64,000 bases of DNA from an uncultured Tissierellaceae bacterium (GTDB lineage: Bacteria > Bacillota > Clostridia > Tissierellales > Tissierellaceae): positions 57,938 to 121,937 of the forward strand of contig CAZWTU010000001.1 in the NCBI GenBank assembly GCA_964637035.1, read 5' to 3'. The notes under the pieces are model-generated. The model was given only the letters and a program-made list of their open reading frames with translations. It ran no database searches and had not been told where the DNA came from. This document shows, one piece after another, positions 10,250 through 20,240 of this stretch. Both the position numbers and the translations under genes were made by a program. Each line of letters opens with the position of its first letter. Within the stretch, counting starts at the first letter, position 1.

Positions 10250-11035
10250 TTGGATATTTCAACAATAATAGGTTTAATTTTTGGGTTTGGCTTTATTATA
10301 TGGAGTATCATCATAACTGGAGACATAATGACATACGTACATATACCTTCTTTGATAATTGTTTTAGGTGGGACAATAGCAGCAACCATATTATCCTACC
10401 CATTAAAAACCATTACTAGCTTGTGGAAAGTATTTCAAAAAGCCTTTTTTCATAAAGAAGTTTCTATTAATAATATTATAGAAGAAATAATTACCCTTGC
10501 AAATATAGCAAGAAAAGAAGGATTATTATCCTTAGAGGAGTATGGAGAAAAGCTAGAAGATGACTTTCTAAAAAAAGGAATAAATTTAATTGTTGATGGA
10601 ACTGATCCTGAACTAGTTAGAAATATATTAGAAACTGAATTAGCTTTTCTAACAGAAAGACATGCACAGGGGCAAGGAGTATTAGAAACAATGGGTACTT
10701 ATTCCCCAGCGTTTGGGATGATAGGTACTTTAATTGGACTAATAAATATGTTGAAAAAACTTGATGATTATGCTTCTATTGGTCCTAATATGTCAGTTGC
10801 ACTTGTGACTACATTTTATGGATCAGTTTTAGCCAATGTGATTTTTTTACCACTAGCTCAAAAGTTAAAGGTGAGAAGTCAATCAGAAGTCCTAATGAAG
10901 GATCTTATGATAGAGGGACTTTTGTCTATTCAGGCAGGAGAAAATCCAAGAATTATAGAAGAAAAACTAAAAACATTTATTCCTCCAGAACAAAGAAACC
11001 TATTAAATGAAGAGGTAGAGAGTGAGGTAATATAA
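10250..11035 (+). CDS. motA: Flagellar stator protein MotA
   Basis: TTG start. Multi-TM protein with a MotA/TolQ/ExbB-type region SPAFGMIGTLIGLINML. Followed by motB. Confidence 0.9.
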   Translation: MDISTIIGLIFGFGFIIWSIIITGDIMTYVHIPSLIIVLGGTIAATILSYPLKTITSLWKVFQKAFFHKEVSINNIIEEIITLANIARKEGLLSLEEYGEKLEDDFLKKGINLIVDGTDPELVRNILETELAFLTERHAQGQGVLETMGTYSPAFGMIGTLIGLINMLKKLDDYASIGPNMSVALVTTFYGSVLANVIFLPLAQKLKVRSQSEVLMKDLMIEGLLSIQAGENPRIIEEKLKTFIPPEQRNLLNEEVESEVI

Positions 11036-11763
11036 TGGCACGCAGGAGGAGAACAGATAACTCAAAAAGTGGCGATACCTCAAGGGTTTGGTTAACCACG
11101 TATAGTGACTTAGTTACCCTGCTATTAGCATTTTTTGTATTGTTATTTTCAATATCAGAAGTTGATGCTGATAAATTTAGAAGTATTATGAGCAGTTTTC
11201 ATGGTGGTACGGGAGTTTTTGAAGGAGAAAAGCCTTCAGAACCTTTGCCTGAAATACCTAACTTAGATTTAGAATTAGATGATGACCTAGAAAGGTTAAA
11301 GGAATACATGGAAGACTATTTAGATACATTAGGTTTAGGTAATATGATAAATGTAGAAATAGAAGAAAGAGGAATAATTATTAGATTTATGGATAATGTT
11401 TTTTTTGACTCTGGAAGTGCTACTATAAAAGGAGATTCATTTGAAATACTAGAGTCTGTAGCAGAAATTCTTAATAAAGAAGAATTTATAAATAGACAAA
11501 TTAAGGTTGAGGGGCATACAGATACAGTCCCACTTAGAAAAAATAGTCGTTTTCCAACAAACTGGGAGTTATCTTCAGCTAGAGCCACTAATGTTTTAAG
11601 ATACCTAGTAGAAAATGCAGGTATAGGTGGAGAAAGGATATCTTCTTCAGGCTACAGTTACTATAGAAATATTGCACCAAATGATACTGCTGAAAACAAA
11701 GCTAAAAACAGGCGTGTAGATGTTATTATCTTAAGAGATATTTACCAAGATTTAGAACCATAG
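11035..11763 (+). CDS. motB: Flagellar stator protein MotB (OmpA-like)
   Basis: ATG overlaps the motA stop (TAATG). TM with conserved Asp (TTYSDLVTLLLAFFVLLF). C-terminal OmpA-like peptidoglycan-binding motifs NWELSSARATNVLRYL and NRRVDVII. Confidence 0.92.
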   Translation: MARRRRTDNSKSGDTSRVWLTTYSDLVTLLLAFFVLLFSISEVDADKFRSIMSSFHGGTGVFEGEKPSEPLPEIPNLDLELDDDLERLKEYMEDYLDTLGLGNMINVEIEERGIIIRFMDNVFFDSGSATIKGDSFEILESVAEILNKEEFINRQIKVEGHTDTVPLRKNSRFPTNWELSSARATNVLRYLVENAGIGGERISSSGYSYYRNIAPNDTAENKAKNRRVDVIILRDIYQDLEP

Positions 11764-11784
11764 GAAAGTGAATGGAGTGATAAT

Positions 11785-12195
11785 GTGTCTAAAAAGAATC
11801 TAACTATAATTTTTATATTAATTATTGCATTAATGATAGGTGTGGTTATTGGAATAATTGTATATATAAAGGGATCTGGAGATAAAGTCAAAGAGGTTCC
11901 TACATTTACAGTGGGTATTGATGACATGTATTGTAATATAAAAGACAGTAAAAAGATGGTGAAAATTAATATAGTTATAGAGACAATTGATGAGAAACTT
12001 AAAAAAACCATAGAAAGCAAAAAATTTCTTACTAGGGATATGGCAAATGAAATAATTGCTAGTAAAACTGAAGAAGAATTGTTAGGAGAAAAAGGGCAAA
12101 CAAAGCTAAAAGATGAAATCTTGAAAAGACTAATAGATATATTTGAAAGCGAAAAAATAACAAGTATATATTTTAATGATTTTATAATTCAATAG
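11785..12195 (+). CDS. fliL: Flagellar basal-body-associated protein FliL
   Basis: GTG start, 136 aa, single N-terminal TM (LTIIFILIIALMIGVVIGIIVYI). Precedes fliM. Confidence 0.7.
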   Translation: MSKKNLTIIFILIIALMIGVVIGIIVYIKGSGDKVKEVPTFTVGIDDMYCNIKDSKKMVKINIVIETIDEKLKKTIESKKFLTRDMANEIIASKTEEELLGEKGQTKLKDEILKRLIDIFESEKITSIYFNDFIIQ

Positions 12196-12199
12196 AGGG

Positions 12200-13201
12200 G
12201 TGAGTCTCTTGGCAGAAGTAATGTCGCAAAGTGAAATCGATTCCCTTCTTAATGCATTAAGTTCGGGAGAATTAGATGTTAAAAAAATTCAAAATAGTGA
12301 TGATTCCAAAAAAGTTAAAAAATATGATTTTAAAAATCCACAAAAAATTTCTAAAGAACAATTAAGAACTTTAGAAGTAATACATGAAAACTTTGGAAGA
12401 TTTTTACAAACCTTTTTAACTGGATACCTGAGGGCACCTGTTAAAATTGAAATATTGACAGTGGATCAATTTGCATATAGTGAATTTAGTAATTCATTGC
12501 CTAATCCAGCTTTTTTAAATATTATAGATTTTAATCCATTGAATGGTCAAATAATACTTGATATGTCGACCAATATTGTATATACAATAATAGATAGATT
12601 GCTTGGAGGAGATGGAGGAAGTAATCAAGAAACAAGACCTTTTACTGAAATAGAGCTGTCTCTTTTACATGGCATGATGCAAAGTATAGTTAATGATTTA
12701 AAAGAAGCTTGGAGTAATGTAATAAATTTAAATCCTATACTTGAAAAAATTGAAACAAACCCTCAATTTGCTCAAATAGTCCCCCCCAATGAAACTATTG
12801 CTCTTATAACAATGAGTATTGAAATAGGAAAAATAGAGGGAATGATGAATATTTGCATACCTTATATTTTATTGGAACCAATATTAGATAAATTAAATAC
12901 TAGATTTTGGTTTACTACTTCTATTAAAGAAGATTCTAAGGAAGATAAAGTAGCTATTAAAGCTAAAATATTAAATACTAAAGTTCCTTTAATTGCTTAT
13001 TTAGGGCATTCCAATATTTACGTTAGAGATTTACTTAATATGGAACCAGGGGATATAATTAAGTTAGAAAATAATAATAACTTAATACCCATAAAAATAG
13101 GTAGCAAGGTAAAATTCAAGGGTGAAGTTGGGCAAATAAAAGATAAAATTGCAATAAAAATAGTCCAAGTGGTAAAGGAAGGTGATTATGATAATGAGTA
13201 A
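12200..13201 (+). CDS. fliM: Flagellar motor switch protein FliM
   Basis: N-terminal LSQSEIDSLL CheY-P-binding-type peptide. About 330 aa. Alternative starts are TTG 12209 (8 nt after AGAGGGG) and ATG 12221. Confidence 0.92.
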   Translation: MSLLAEVMSQSEIDSLLNALSSGELDVKKIQNSDDSKKVKKYDFKNPQKISKEQLRTLEVIHENFGRFLQTFLTGYLRAPVKIEILTVDQFAYSEFSNSLPNPAFLNIIDFNPLNGQIILDMSTNIVYTIIDRLLGGDGGSNQETRPFTEIELSLLHGMMQSIVNDLKEAWSNVINLNPILEKIETNPQFAQIVPPNETIALITMSIEIGKIEGMMNICIPYILLEPILDKLNTRFWFTTSIKEDSKEDKVAIKAKILNTKVPLIAYLGHSNIYVRDLLNMEPGDIIKLENNNNLIPIKIGSKVKFKGEVGQIKDKIAIKIVQVVKEGDYDNE

Positions 13202-14414
13202 AGATATGTTATCTCAAGAAGAAATCGATGCCTTGTTGAAAGGTAATGATATGGAAGATGAAGATGATGAGATGTACAATTTTAATGAAGAAACTTACGT
13301 AAATGAAGCCAATCTTGAAAATACTTTATCCGATATAGAAATAGACGCCCTAGGTGAAATCGGTAATATTAGTATGGGAACAGCTGCTACCACATTATCA
13401 ACTTTGCTAAATAAAAAGGTTAGCATTACAACGCCAAAAGTTGAAATAACTACAACTGAGGAGTTGGCACATGATTATAAAATGCCCTTCGTGGCAATAG
13501 ACGTAAGTTATAAATCTGGATTAGAAGGTTCAAATATTTTAATACTTAACAACAGGGATGCTAAAATAATATCAGATATTATGATGGGTAAAGAAGAATT
13601 TGATACTGAAAGAGAATTGTCAGAGCTTGATTTAAGCGCCGTAGGTGAAGCAATGAACCAGATGATAGGTTCCGCATCTACCTCCTTATCTGAAATGCTT
13701 ATGAAGACCATAGATATCGAACCACCTGTTACCATGGAAATTACTTTTCCTGAAGGCAAACAAAAAATAGAAATGCTAAAAACAGAATCTCCTATCATTA
13801 AAATCTCCTTTAAAATGATAATTGGGAATTTTGTAGATAGTAATATTATGCAATTGATTCCCATAAACTTTGGAAAAGAAATGGTTGATAATTTGATGAA
13901 TCCTACTCAAGATACAGATGTAATAGTTGAAAATAAACCTAGTTCACCAACAATAGAAACAAATGTAAATGAAAGTTTGATAACAGAAAGAATAGAATCA
14001 AAAGTTAATCAACCCAATCTAGAAGATTTAAACCAACAAGATAATTCAAATATTACTGGTGGAAATTTTGCATCTAATAGTATTAGAAATGAAAAAGATG
14101 ATATGGTTGTGGTTAAAAAACCTGAATTTCAAAACTTCAATATGGAGGTGGCATCTACACCTGTAGAATCCATTGACTTGGTTGGCGATATTCCTATTAA
14201 AATAGTTGTTGAATTAGGAAGAACCCATAAAAATATAAGTGAAATCTTAGAATTTGGACAAGGTACTGTTATTGAATTGGAAAAATTAGTAGGAGAAGCA
14301 TTAAATATATATGCAAACGGAAAGTTTATAGCCCGAGGCGAAGTTGTTGTAATAGACGATAATTTTGGCGTAAGGGTAACTGAAGTTGAGAACACGAATA
14401 AAAAGATTATTTAA
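13182..14414 (+). CDS. fliY: Flagellar switch protein FliY (CheC-like phosphatase fused to FliN domain)
   Basis: LSQEEIDALL peptide. CheC-type repeats (EIDALGEIGNISMGTAAT; DLSAVGEAMNQMIGSAST). C-terminal FliN/SpoA domain (IPIKIVVELGRT...GEVVVIDDNFGVRVTEV). True start probably ATG 13188 or 13194. Confidence 0.92.
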   Translation: MIMIMSKDMLSQEEIDALLKGNDMEDEDDEMYNFNEETYVNEANLENTLSDIEIDALGEIGNISMGTAATTLSTLLNKKVSITTPKVEITTTEELAHDYKMPFVAIDVSYKSGLEGSNILILNNRDAKIISDIMMGKEEFDTERELSELDLSAVGEAMNQMIGSASTSLSEMLMKTIDIEPPVTMEITFPEGKQKIEMLKTESPIIKISFKMIIGNFVDSNIMQLIPINFGKEMVDNLMNPTQDTDVIVENKPSSPTIETNVNESLITERIESKVNQPNLEDLNQQDNSNITGGNFASNSIRNEKDDMVVVKKPEFQNFNMEVASTPVESIDLVGDIPIKIVVELGRTHKNISEILEFGQGTVIELEKLVGEALNIYANGKFIARGEVVVIDDNFGVRVTEVENTNKKII

Positions 14415-14441
14415 AGTATAGTTAATATAGGAGGTATTACA

Positions 14442-14804
14442 ATGTCAAATGGAATATTGATCGTAGATGATGCATCTTTTATGAGGATATTGATTAAAGA
14501 TATTTTAACTAAAAATGACTTTACAGTTCTAGGAGAAGCTGAAAATGGATTGAAAGCGGTTGAAAAATATAAGGAACTAACACCAGAACTAGTAATTATG
14601 GATATTACAATGCCAGAAATGGATGGTATACAGGCTGTTAAAGAAATTAAAAAAATAAATAGTAACGCAAAAATAATTATGTGTTCTGCAATGGGGCAAC
14701 AAGCTATGGTAATTGAAGCTATTCAAGCTGGGGCAAAAGATTTTATAGTTAAACCTTTTCAAGCTGACAGGGTTATCGATGCTGTAAAGAAGGTATTAGG
14801 GTAA
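14442..14804 (+). CDS. cheY: Chemotaxis response regulator CheY
   Basis: 120-aa stand-alone receiver. Acidic pair in VDDASFMR, phospho-Asp context VIMDITMPEMDG, Lys in DFIVKPF. Confidence 0.92.
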   Translation: MSNGILIVDDASFMRILIKDILTKNDFTVLGEAENGLKAVEKYKELTPELVIMDITMPEMDGIQAVKEIKKINSNAKIIMCSAMGQQAMVIEAIQAGAKDFIVKPFQADRVIDAVKKVLG

Positions 14805-14805
14805 A

Positions 14806-15276
14806 ATGAAAAAGGGTCTTATTAAGTATATATTGTTTATTATGATTATGAGTTTTCATCAACCAGTATTTGCTTCAGCTTATGAGGATGTAAGCTTGTT
14901 TCAAATTGTCCTAAAGTTGGTATTCTTAATTGGAATATTTATCCTTGTTATAATTATTACCATTTGTGGAACAAAACTAATAGCTAAAAGCTATAGGGGC
15001 TATTCAAATAGTAAATATATTAATTTACTAGATACACTAAATATCTCAAATGAAATAAAAATAATTATAATAAATGTTAATAAGAAAATATATATTTTAT
15101 CTTTAACTCCCAATAGTACAAAAATTATAGATACCTTTACTGATGAAGAGTTTTTAGGAAAAGATTTTAATGATTATTTAGATAAACATATAAATAATCA
15201 TAATAAGACCGATTTTGGCATCAACAAAATAATTGAGAAAATTACTTTTTCAAAGAATAAGGAAGACAAACAATGA
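14806..15276 (+). CDS. fliO: Flagellar biosynthesis protein FliO/FliZ-like
   Basis: 156 aa with signal-like N-terminus and one TM (VLKLVFLIGIFILVIIITICG). Stop overlaps the fliP start (ATGA). Confidence 0.6.
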   Translation: MKKGLIKYILFIMIMSFHQPVFASAYEDVSLFQIVLKLVFLIGIFILVIIITICGTKLIAKSYRGYSNSKYINLLDTLNISNEIKIIIINVNKKIYILSLTPNSTKIIDTFTDEEFLGKDFNDYLDKHINNHNKTDFGINKIIEKITFSKNKEDKQ

Positions 15277-16031
15277 AAAAACCTATAAAAATAATAATTG
15301 TTGCTTGTATTTTAATTATGATTTTTTCGTCTACTGTTTCTGCAGAGCCTAGCATATCCTTATTTGGTAAAACAGTAACATTAGATGATGATGGAGATCC
15401 GGATAACTATGTATTTTCTTTACAATTGCTTTTTGTATTAACCATTTTAACTTTGGCCCCATCAATTTTAATCATGCTTACAGGTTTTACAAGGATCCTA
15501 ATAGTACTATCATTTATCAGAAGTGCCTTAGGGCTTCAACAGACACCACCAAATCAAGTGATAATTGGGCTAGCCTTGTTTCTAACTTTCTTTATTATGA
15601 TGCCCATTGGTACTGAAATAAATAATGAGGCTATTCAACCCTTTGTTAATGAGGAAATTTCACAAGAAGTAGCCTTAGAAAAAGCTTTAAATCCGATACG
15701 TGACTTTATGTTCAAACAAACAAGAGACAAAGATATAGGATTATTTATGAATATAAAAGGATATTCAAATGTAGCTACTTTGGACGATATTCCAACCCAT
15801 GTATTGATACCATCATTTATTATATCCGAGTTAAAAACTGCATTTCAAGTAGGATTTATAATTTATATACCTTTTTTAGTTATAGATATGATAGTGGCAA
15901 GTACATTGATGGCTATGGGTATGATGATGTTACCACCTGTGATCATTTCCTTACCATTTAAAATCTTACTTTTTGTCCTTGTAGACGGATGGAATTTAAT
16001 TGTAAAATCTTTAGTTTTAGGATTTAAATAG
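15273..16031 (+). CDS. fliP: Flagellar export apparatus protein FliP
   Basis: Signal peptide plus conserved FTRILIVLSFIRSALGLQQTPPNQV and a C-terminal TM pair. Confidence 0.95.
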   Translation: MKKPIKIIIVACILIMIFSSTVSAEPSISLFGKTVTLDDDGDPDNYVFSLQLLFVLTILTLAPSILIMLTGFTRILIVLSFIRSALGLQQTPPNQVIIGLALFLTFFIMMPIGTEINNEAIQPFVNEEISQEVALEKALNPIRDFMFKQTRDKDIGLFMNIKGYSNVATLDDIPTHVLIPSFIISELKTAFQVGFIIYIPFLVIDMIVASTLMAMGMMMLPPVIISLPFKILLFVLVDGWNLIVKSLVLGFK

Positions 16032-16041
16032 GAGGGGAAAT

Positions 16042-16311
16042 ATGAATAATGCTGATATGTTAGGATTAGCCCAAGATTCAGTTCGTACAGTTCTTTTTGC
16101 TGCAGCCCCCATGTTACTTATCAGTCTATTGGTGGGTTTAATTGTTAGCGTTATTCAAGCTGTTACACAAATACAAGAGGCTACACTTGCCTTCGTACCA
16201 AAGATTATTGCAGTATTTTTATCTTTATTAATCTTTGGACCTTGGATTCTTAGTTTGATTACAGAATTTGCTTCTGGATTACTTTCAAATATTAACCTAT
16301 ACATATACTGA
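16042..16311 (+). CDS. fliQ: Flagellar export apparatus protein FliQ
   Basis: 89 aa, two TM helices. fliP-fliQ-fliR order. Confidence 0.9.
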   Translation: MNNADMLGLAQDSVRTVLFAAAPMLLISLLVGLIVSVIQAVTQIQEATLAFVPKIIAVFLSLLIFGPWILSLITEFASGLLSNINLYIY

Positions 16312-16330
16312 CTTTAAAGGGTGGCTATAA

Positions 16331-17098
16331 GTGGATGAAATAATAGATATAATACTAAATGAATACCAGTTATTTTTATTAGTTTTTGTAAGGGTTTCAG
16401 GGGTTTTTATATTTTCCCCATTTTTCAGTTCTCAAAACGTTCCTAATATTATGAAGATTGGCTTAAGCTTCTTTCTAACACTTTTGCTTTCAATATCTAG
16501 TCCAATATCTATTAATTTAGGAAATGAACTTATAGTTATAGTTATTATAAAGGAACTAATGGTAGGAATAATAATAGGCTTTATAAGCTATGTTTTTATG
16601 TCTGCATTTTATGTTCTAGGTCAAATAGTAGATATGAAAATTGGTTTCGGAATGGCAAATGTTGTGGATCCTCAAAATAAAACCCAGGTACCCTTAATGG
16701 GGAATTTTTATTATATACTTTCATTTTTATTTATGCTATTAATAAATGGTCATCATAAGATTATAATTGCCTTAGTTGATAGTTATAACTACATACCAAT
16801 TGGTAAATTGATTTATAATGACAATGTGATGAAGATAATTGTGGGAGGATTAGTCAAATCTTTTGAAATAGGGTTTAAATTAAGTCTACCAGTTGTTGCA
16901 ATTATTTTTCTAACAGATATTGTTTTAGGTGTTATGGCAAAGACCATCCCACAAATGAATGTATTTGTAGTAGGTATGCCCTTAAAGGTATTTATAGGTT
17001 TAGCTATTATTATGGTTACAATGCCAATTTTTTATAATTCTATTATTGAGATATTTAATATAATACTCAATGATATTTATAAATTTATTAAATTATAA
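16331..17098 (+). CDS. fliR: Flagellar export apparatus protein FliR
   Basis: GTG start, 255-aa polytopic membrane protein between fliQ and flhB. Confidence 0.88.
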   Translation: MDEIIDIILNEYQLFLLVFVRVSGVFIFSPFFSSQNVPNIMKIGLSFFLTLLLSISSPISINLGNELIVIVIIKELMVGIIIGFISYVFMSAFYVLGQIVDMKIGFGMANVVDPQNKTQVPLMGNFYYILSFLFMLLINGHHKIIIALVDSYNYIPIGKLIYNDNVMKIIVGGLVKSFEIGFKLSLPVVAIIFLTDIVLGVMAKTIPQMNVFVVGMPLKVFIGLAIIMVTMPIFYNSIIEIFNIILNDIYKFIKL

Positions 17099-17112
17099 AT
17101 AAGGTTGATAAT

Positions 17113-18198
17113 ATGATTAAATTAAACCTGCAATTGTTTGCAGAGGGAGAAAAAACAGAAAAGCCAACTCCTAAAAAAAGAAGAGAAGCTAGAGAAGAAG
17201 GGCAAATAGTTCAAAGTAAAGAAATTAATAATGTAGCAGTTTTATTTGCTTGTTTTTTAGGTCTAAAGTTATTTGGTGGAATGATGAGTTCTCATTTAGA
17301 AAAATTTATTGCTAATACATTTCTTGAAATTCAAAATGTAGACAAGTACTTTAACCCAAATAACCTAAGTTCAAACTCTTTAAAAATAATGGCTGATTTC
17401 ATGATAATAGTATTGCCAATTTTAGGTATAGCATTTTTATCCGCATTAATTGTTAATTACTTACAAGTAGGATTTATTTTTACTACTAAAACTTTAACAA
17501 TCAAATTAGATAGATTAAATCCCATAGAAGGATTTAAGAGAATATTCTCTAAGAAAGCCTTAGTAGAGTTAGTAAAGTCTATTTTAAAAATAACATTAAT
17601 TGGATATGTATCTTATAATTATATAAAAAATAAAATGGTAGATATTATTAAATATTCAAGTATGGAACCTTTTCAGGCCTATACAAGTTTTGCAAGTTTA
17701 ATCTTTGGATTTATTTTAAGAATACTAAGTGTTTTAATGTTTTTAGCAATTTTAGATTATATATTTCAATGGTGGGAACATGAAAACAAGCTAAAGATGA
17801 CTAAGCAAGAGATAAAGGAAGAGTATAAACAAACTGAAGGGGATCCTTTTATAAAAGGTAAAATAAAAGAAAAACAACGGAGTATTGCAATGAGTAGAAT
17901 GATGCAAGAAATACCAAAAGCTGATGTTATAATTACTAACCCTACTCATTATGCTGTTGCTATAAAATACGATAAGGAAAGCTATGATGCACCTTTTATT
18001 CTGGGTAAGGGAGTAGACCTTATAGCTGAAAATATTAAAAAAATAGCTAAAGATAAAGCTGTACCTATTGTAGAAAATAAATACCTTGCTCGTACATTAT
18101 ATGATGGCGTAGATATTGGGGATACCATACCAGAAGAATTATATGAAGCGGTGGCTGAGGTACTAGCATATGTATATAGCTTAAATAACGAAATATAG
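17113..18198 (+). CDS. flhB: Flagellar export switch protein FlhB
   Basis: N-terminal EKTEKPTPKKRREAREEGQ. NPTH autocleavage site (ITNPTHYAVAI). Confidence 0.95.
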   Translation: MIKLNLQLFAEGEKTEKPTPKKRREAREEGQIVQSKEINNVAVLFACFLGLKLFGGMMSSHLEKFIANTFLEIQNVDKYFNPNNLSSNSLKIMADFMIIVLPILGIAFLSALIVNYLQVGFIFTTKTLTIKLDRLNPIEGFKRIFSKKALVELVKSILKITLIGYVSYNYIKNKMVDIIKYSSMEPFQAYTSFASLIFGFILRILSVLMFLAILDYIFQWWEHENKLKMTKQEIKEEYKQTEGDPFIKGKIKEKQRSIAMSRMMQEIPKADVIITNPTHYAVAIKYDKESYDAPFILGKGVDLIAENIKKIAKDKAVPIVENKYLARTLYDGVDIGDTIPEELYEAVAEVLAYVYSLNNEI

Positions 18199-18209
18199 GA
18201 GGATAGAAT

Positions 18210-20240
18210 ATGAAATTAAGTGATGTCTTGGTGGCCCTAGGAATAATAGGATTAGTTCTTATTATTATTATACCTGTAAATCCTGGGGTATTAGACTTTT
18301 TGTTAAGTTTTAATATAGCTCTATCCTTGTTAATATTATTATTATCTATGTATACAGAAGATGCATTGAAAATATCTGTATTTCCATCTTTACTTTTACT
18401 TACAACTTTATTTAGGTTATCCCTAAATGTTTCAACAACTAGAAGAATCTTAACTGAGGGAGATGCTGGAAATGTTATAGATGCCTTTGGATATTTTGTA
18501 ACCCAAAACAATGCAATAGTTGGATTTATTATATTTCTAATAATTGTACTTATTAACTTTTTAGTAATTACAAAGGGTGCAGAGCGTGTAGCCGAAGTGG
18601 CTGCTCGTTTTACATTAGATGCAATGCCTGGTAAACAAATGGCTATAGATGCTGATTTAAATACTGGATTAATAACTGAAAATGAGGCTAGGCAAAGAAG
18701 AAAAGAAGTACAGCAATATGCAGATTTCTATGGTGCAATGGATGGTGCAACTAAATTTGTAAAGGGGGATGCAATAGCTGGTATAATAATCACAATTATT
18801 AATATTAGTGCTGGTTTATTAATTGGTGTTATGGTTAAAGGTATGAACATTGGACAAGCACTTCAAAAATATACATTATTAACTGTAGGAGATGGTTTAG
18901 TAGGTCAAATTCCCGCTTTACTTATATCTGTTTCAACTGGATTAGTTGTTACAAGAGCAGCATCCGAATCTAATTTGGGTAAGGATTTAATAGATCAATT
19001 ATTTGGTAATAACCCAATAATATTATATATAATAGCCGGGGTTGTTTTTGTATTAGGATTATTTACTCCACTACCTTTATTTGCCAACTTGTTAATAGGT
19101 GGACTTTTTATTTTAGCAGGAATAAAAATAAAAGATAAGGTTCATGAAGAAGAAATAGATGACAGTCACGATATTTCTGAAGCTGAGGAACTGAGGAAAC
19201 CAGAAAATGTATTAGAATTATTAAAAGTTGATGATATTGAATTAGAATTTGGATATGGTCTAATTCCCCTAGCTGATGTATCACAAGGTGGAGACCTACT
19301 AGATAGAATCGTAATGATTAGAAGACAGGTTGCCATGGAATTAGGTTTAGTAGTACCTATTGTAAGACTTAGAGACAACATACAGCTAAATCCTAATGAA
19401 TATATAATCAAAATTAAGGGAGTTAAAATTTCTCAAGGTGAAGTTTACTTTGATCATTATTTAGCTATGGATTCTGGTATGGGTGAAGACGAGATAGAAG
19501 GCATAAATACAGTGGAACCGGCTTTTGGATTACCTGCTAAATGGATTACTGAAAAAGAGAGAGAAAAGGCTGAGATATTTGGTTATACTGTAGTAGATCC
19601 TCCTTCAGTAATAGCTACTCACCTTACTGAAGTTATAAAAGAAAGAGCTCATGAACTAATAGGAAGACAAGATGTAAAAACTTTAATTGAAAATATAGGT
19701 GAGGACTATCCTGCTGTGGTAGAGGAAGTTATCCCCAAACTATTTTCTTTAGGAGAGGTACAAAAAGTTCTATCAAATTTACTAAGAGAACAAATTAGTA
19801 TAAGAAATATGGTAACTATACTGGAGACGTTAGCTGACTATGGCAATGTTACTAATGATACAGATCTACTTACAGAATATGTAAGGCAAAGACTATCAGG
19901 CTATATTACAAATAAGTATGTTGAGAACAATAATATAAATGTTATAACCTTAGATAATGAAATCGAAGAATTGATTATGAATTCCGTTAAAAAAACAGAT
20001 ACAGGTTCCTATCTATCAATAGAACCTAATACGGTACAAAAAATTTTGAATAATACTTTTAAAACAATGCAAAAATTAACATCCATAGGAGAACAACCTA
20101 TAGTTTTAACAGCTCCTATTGTAAGATTGTATTTTAAAAAATTAACTGAACAAATGACAAAGGATATTATCGTTATTTCATATAACGAAATTGATTCCAA
20201 TGTAGAAGTTCAATCCCTTGGGGTGGTTGGTATACTATGA
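18210..20240 (+). CDS. flhA: Flagellar export gate protein FlhA
   Basis: 676 aa. N-terminal polytopic domain with GAERVAEVAARFTLDAMPGKQMAIDADL, and a large cytoplasmic C-domain. Confidence 0.96.
   Translation: MKLSDVLVALGIIGLVLIIIIPVNPGVLDFLLSFNIALSLLILLLSMYTEDALKISVFPSLLLLTTLFRLSLNVSTTRRILTEGDAGNVIDAFGYFVTQNNAIVGFIIFLIIVLINFLVITKGAERVAEVAARFTLDAMPGKQMAIDADLNTGLITENEARQRRKEVQQYADFYGAMDGATKFVKGDAIAGIIITIINISAGLLIGVMVKGMNIGQALQKYTLLTVGDGLVGQIPALLISVSTGLVVTRAASESNLGKDLIDQLFGNNPIILYIIAGVVFVLGLFTPLPLFANLLIGGLFILAGIKIKDKVHEEEIDDSHDISEAEELRKPENVLELLKVDDIELEFGYGLIPLADVSQGGDLLDRIVMIRRQVAMELGLVVPIVRLRDNIQLNPNEYIIKIKGVKISQGEVYFDHYLAMDSGMGEDEIEGINTVEPAFGLPAKWITEKEREKAEIFGYTVVDPPSVIATHLTEVIKERAHELIGRQDVKTLIENIGEDYPAVVEEVIPKLFSLGEVQKVLSNLLREQISIRNMVTILETLADYGNVTNDTDLLTEYVRQRLSGYITNKYVENNNINVITLDNEIEELIMNSVKKTDTGSYLSIEPNTVQKILNNTFKTMQKLTSIGEQPIVLTAPIVRLYFKKLTEQMTKDIIVISYNEIDSNVEVQSLGVVGIL

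Noticed and set aside
13329-13336. TCCGATAT, resembling the sigma-D -10 element (GCCGATAT), inside fliY.
   Set aside because: No TAAA -35 element at the required spacing of about 15 nt. It lies within coding sequence and is probably a chance match.
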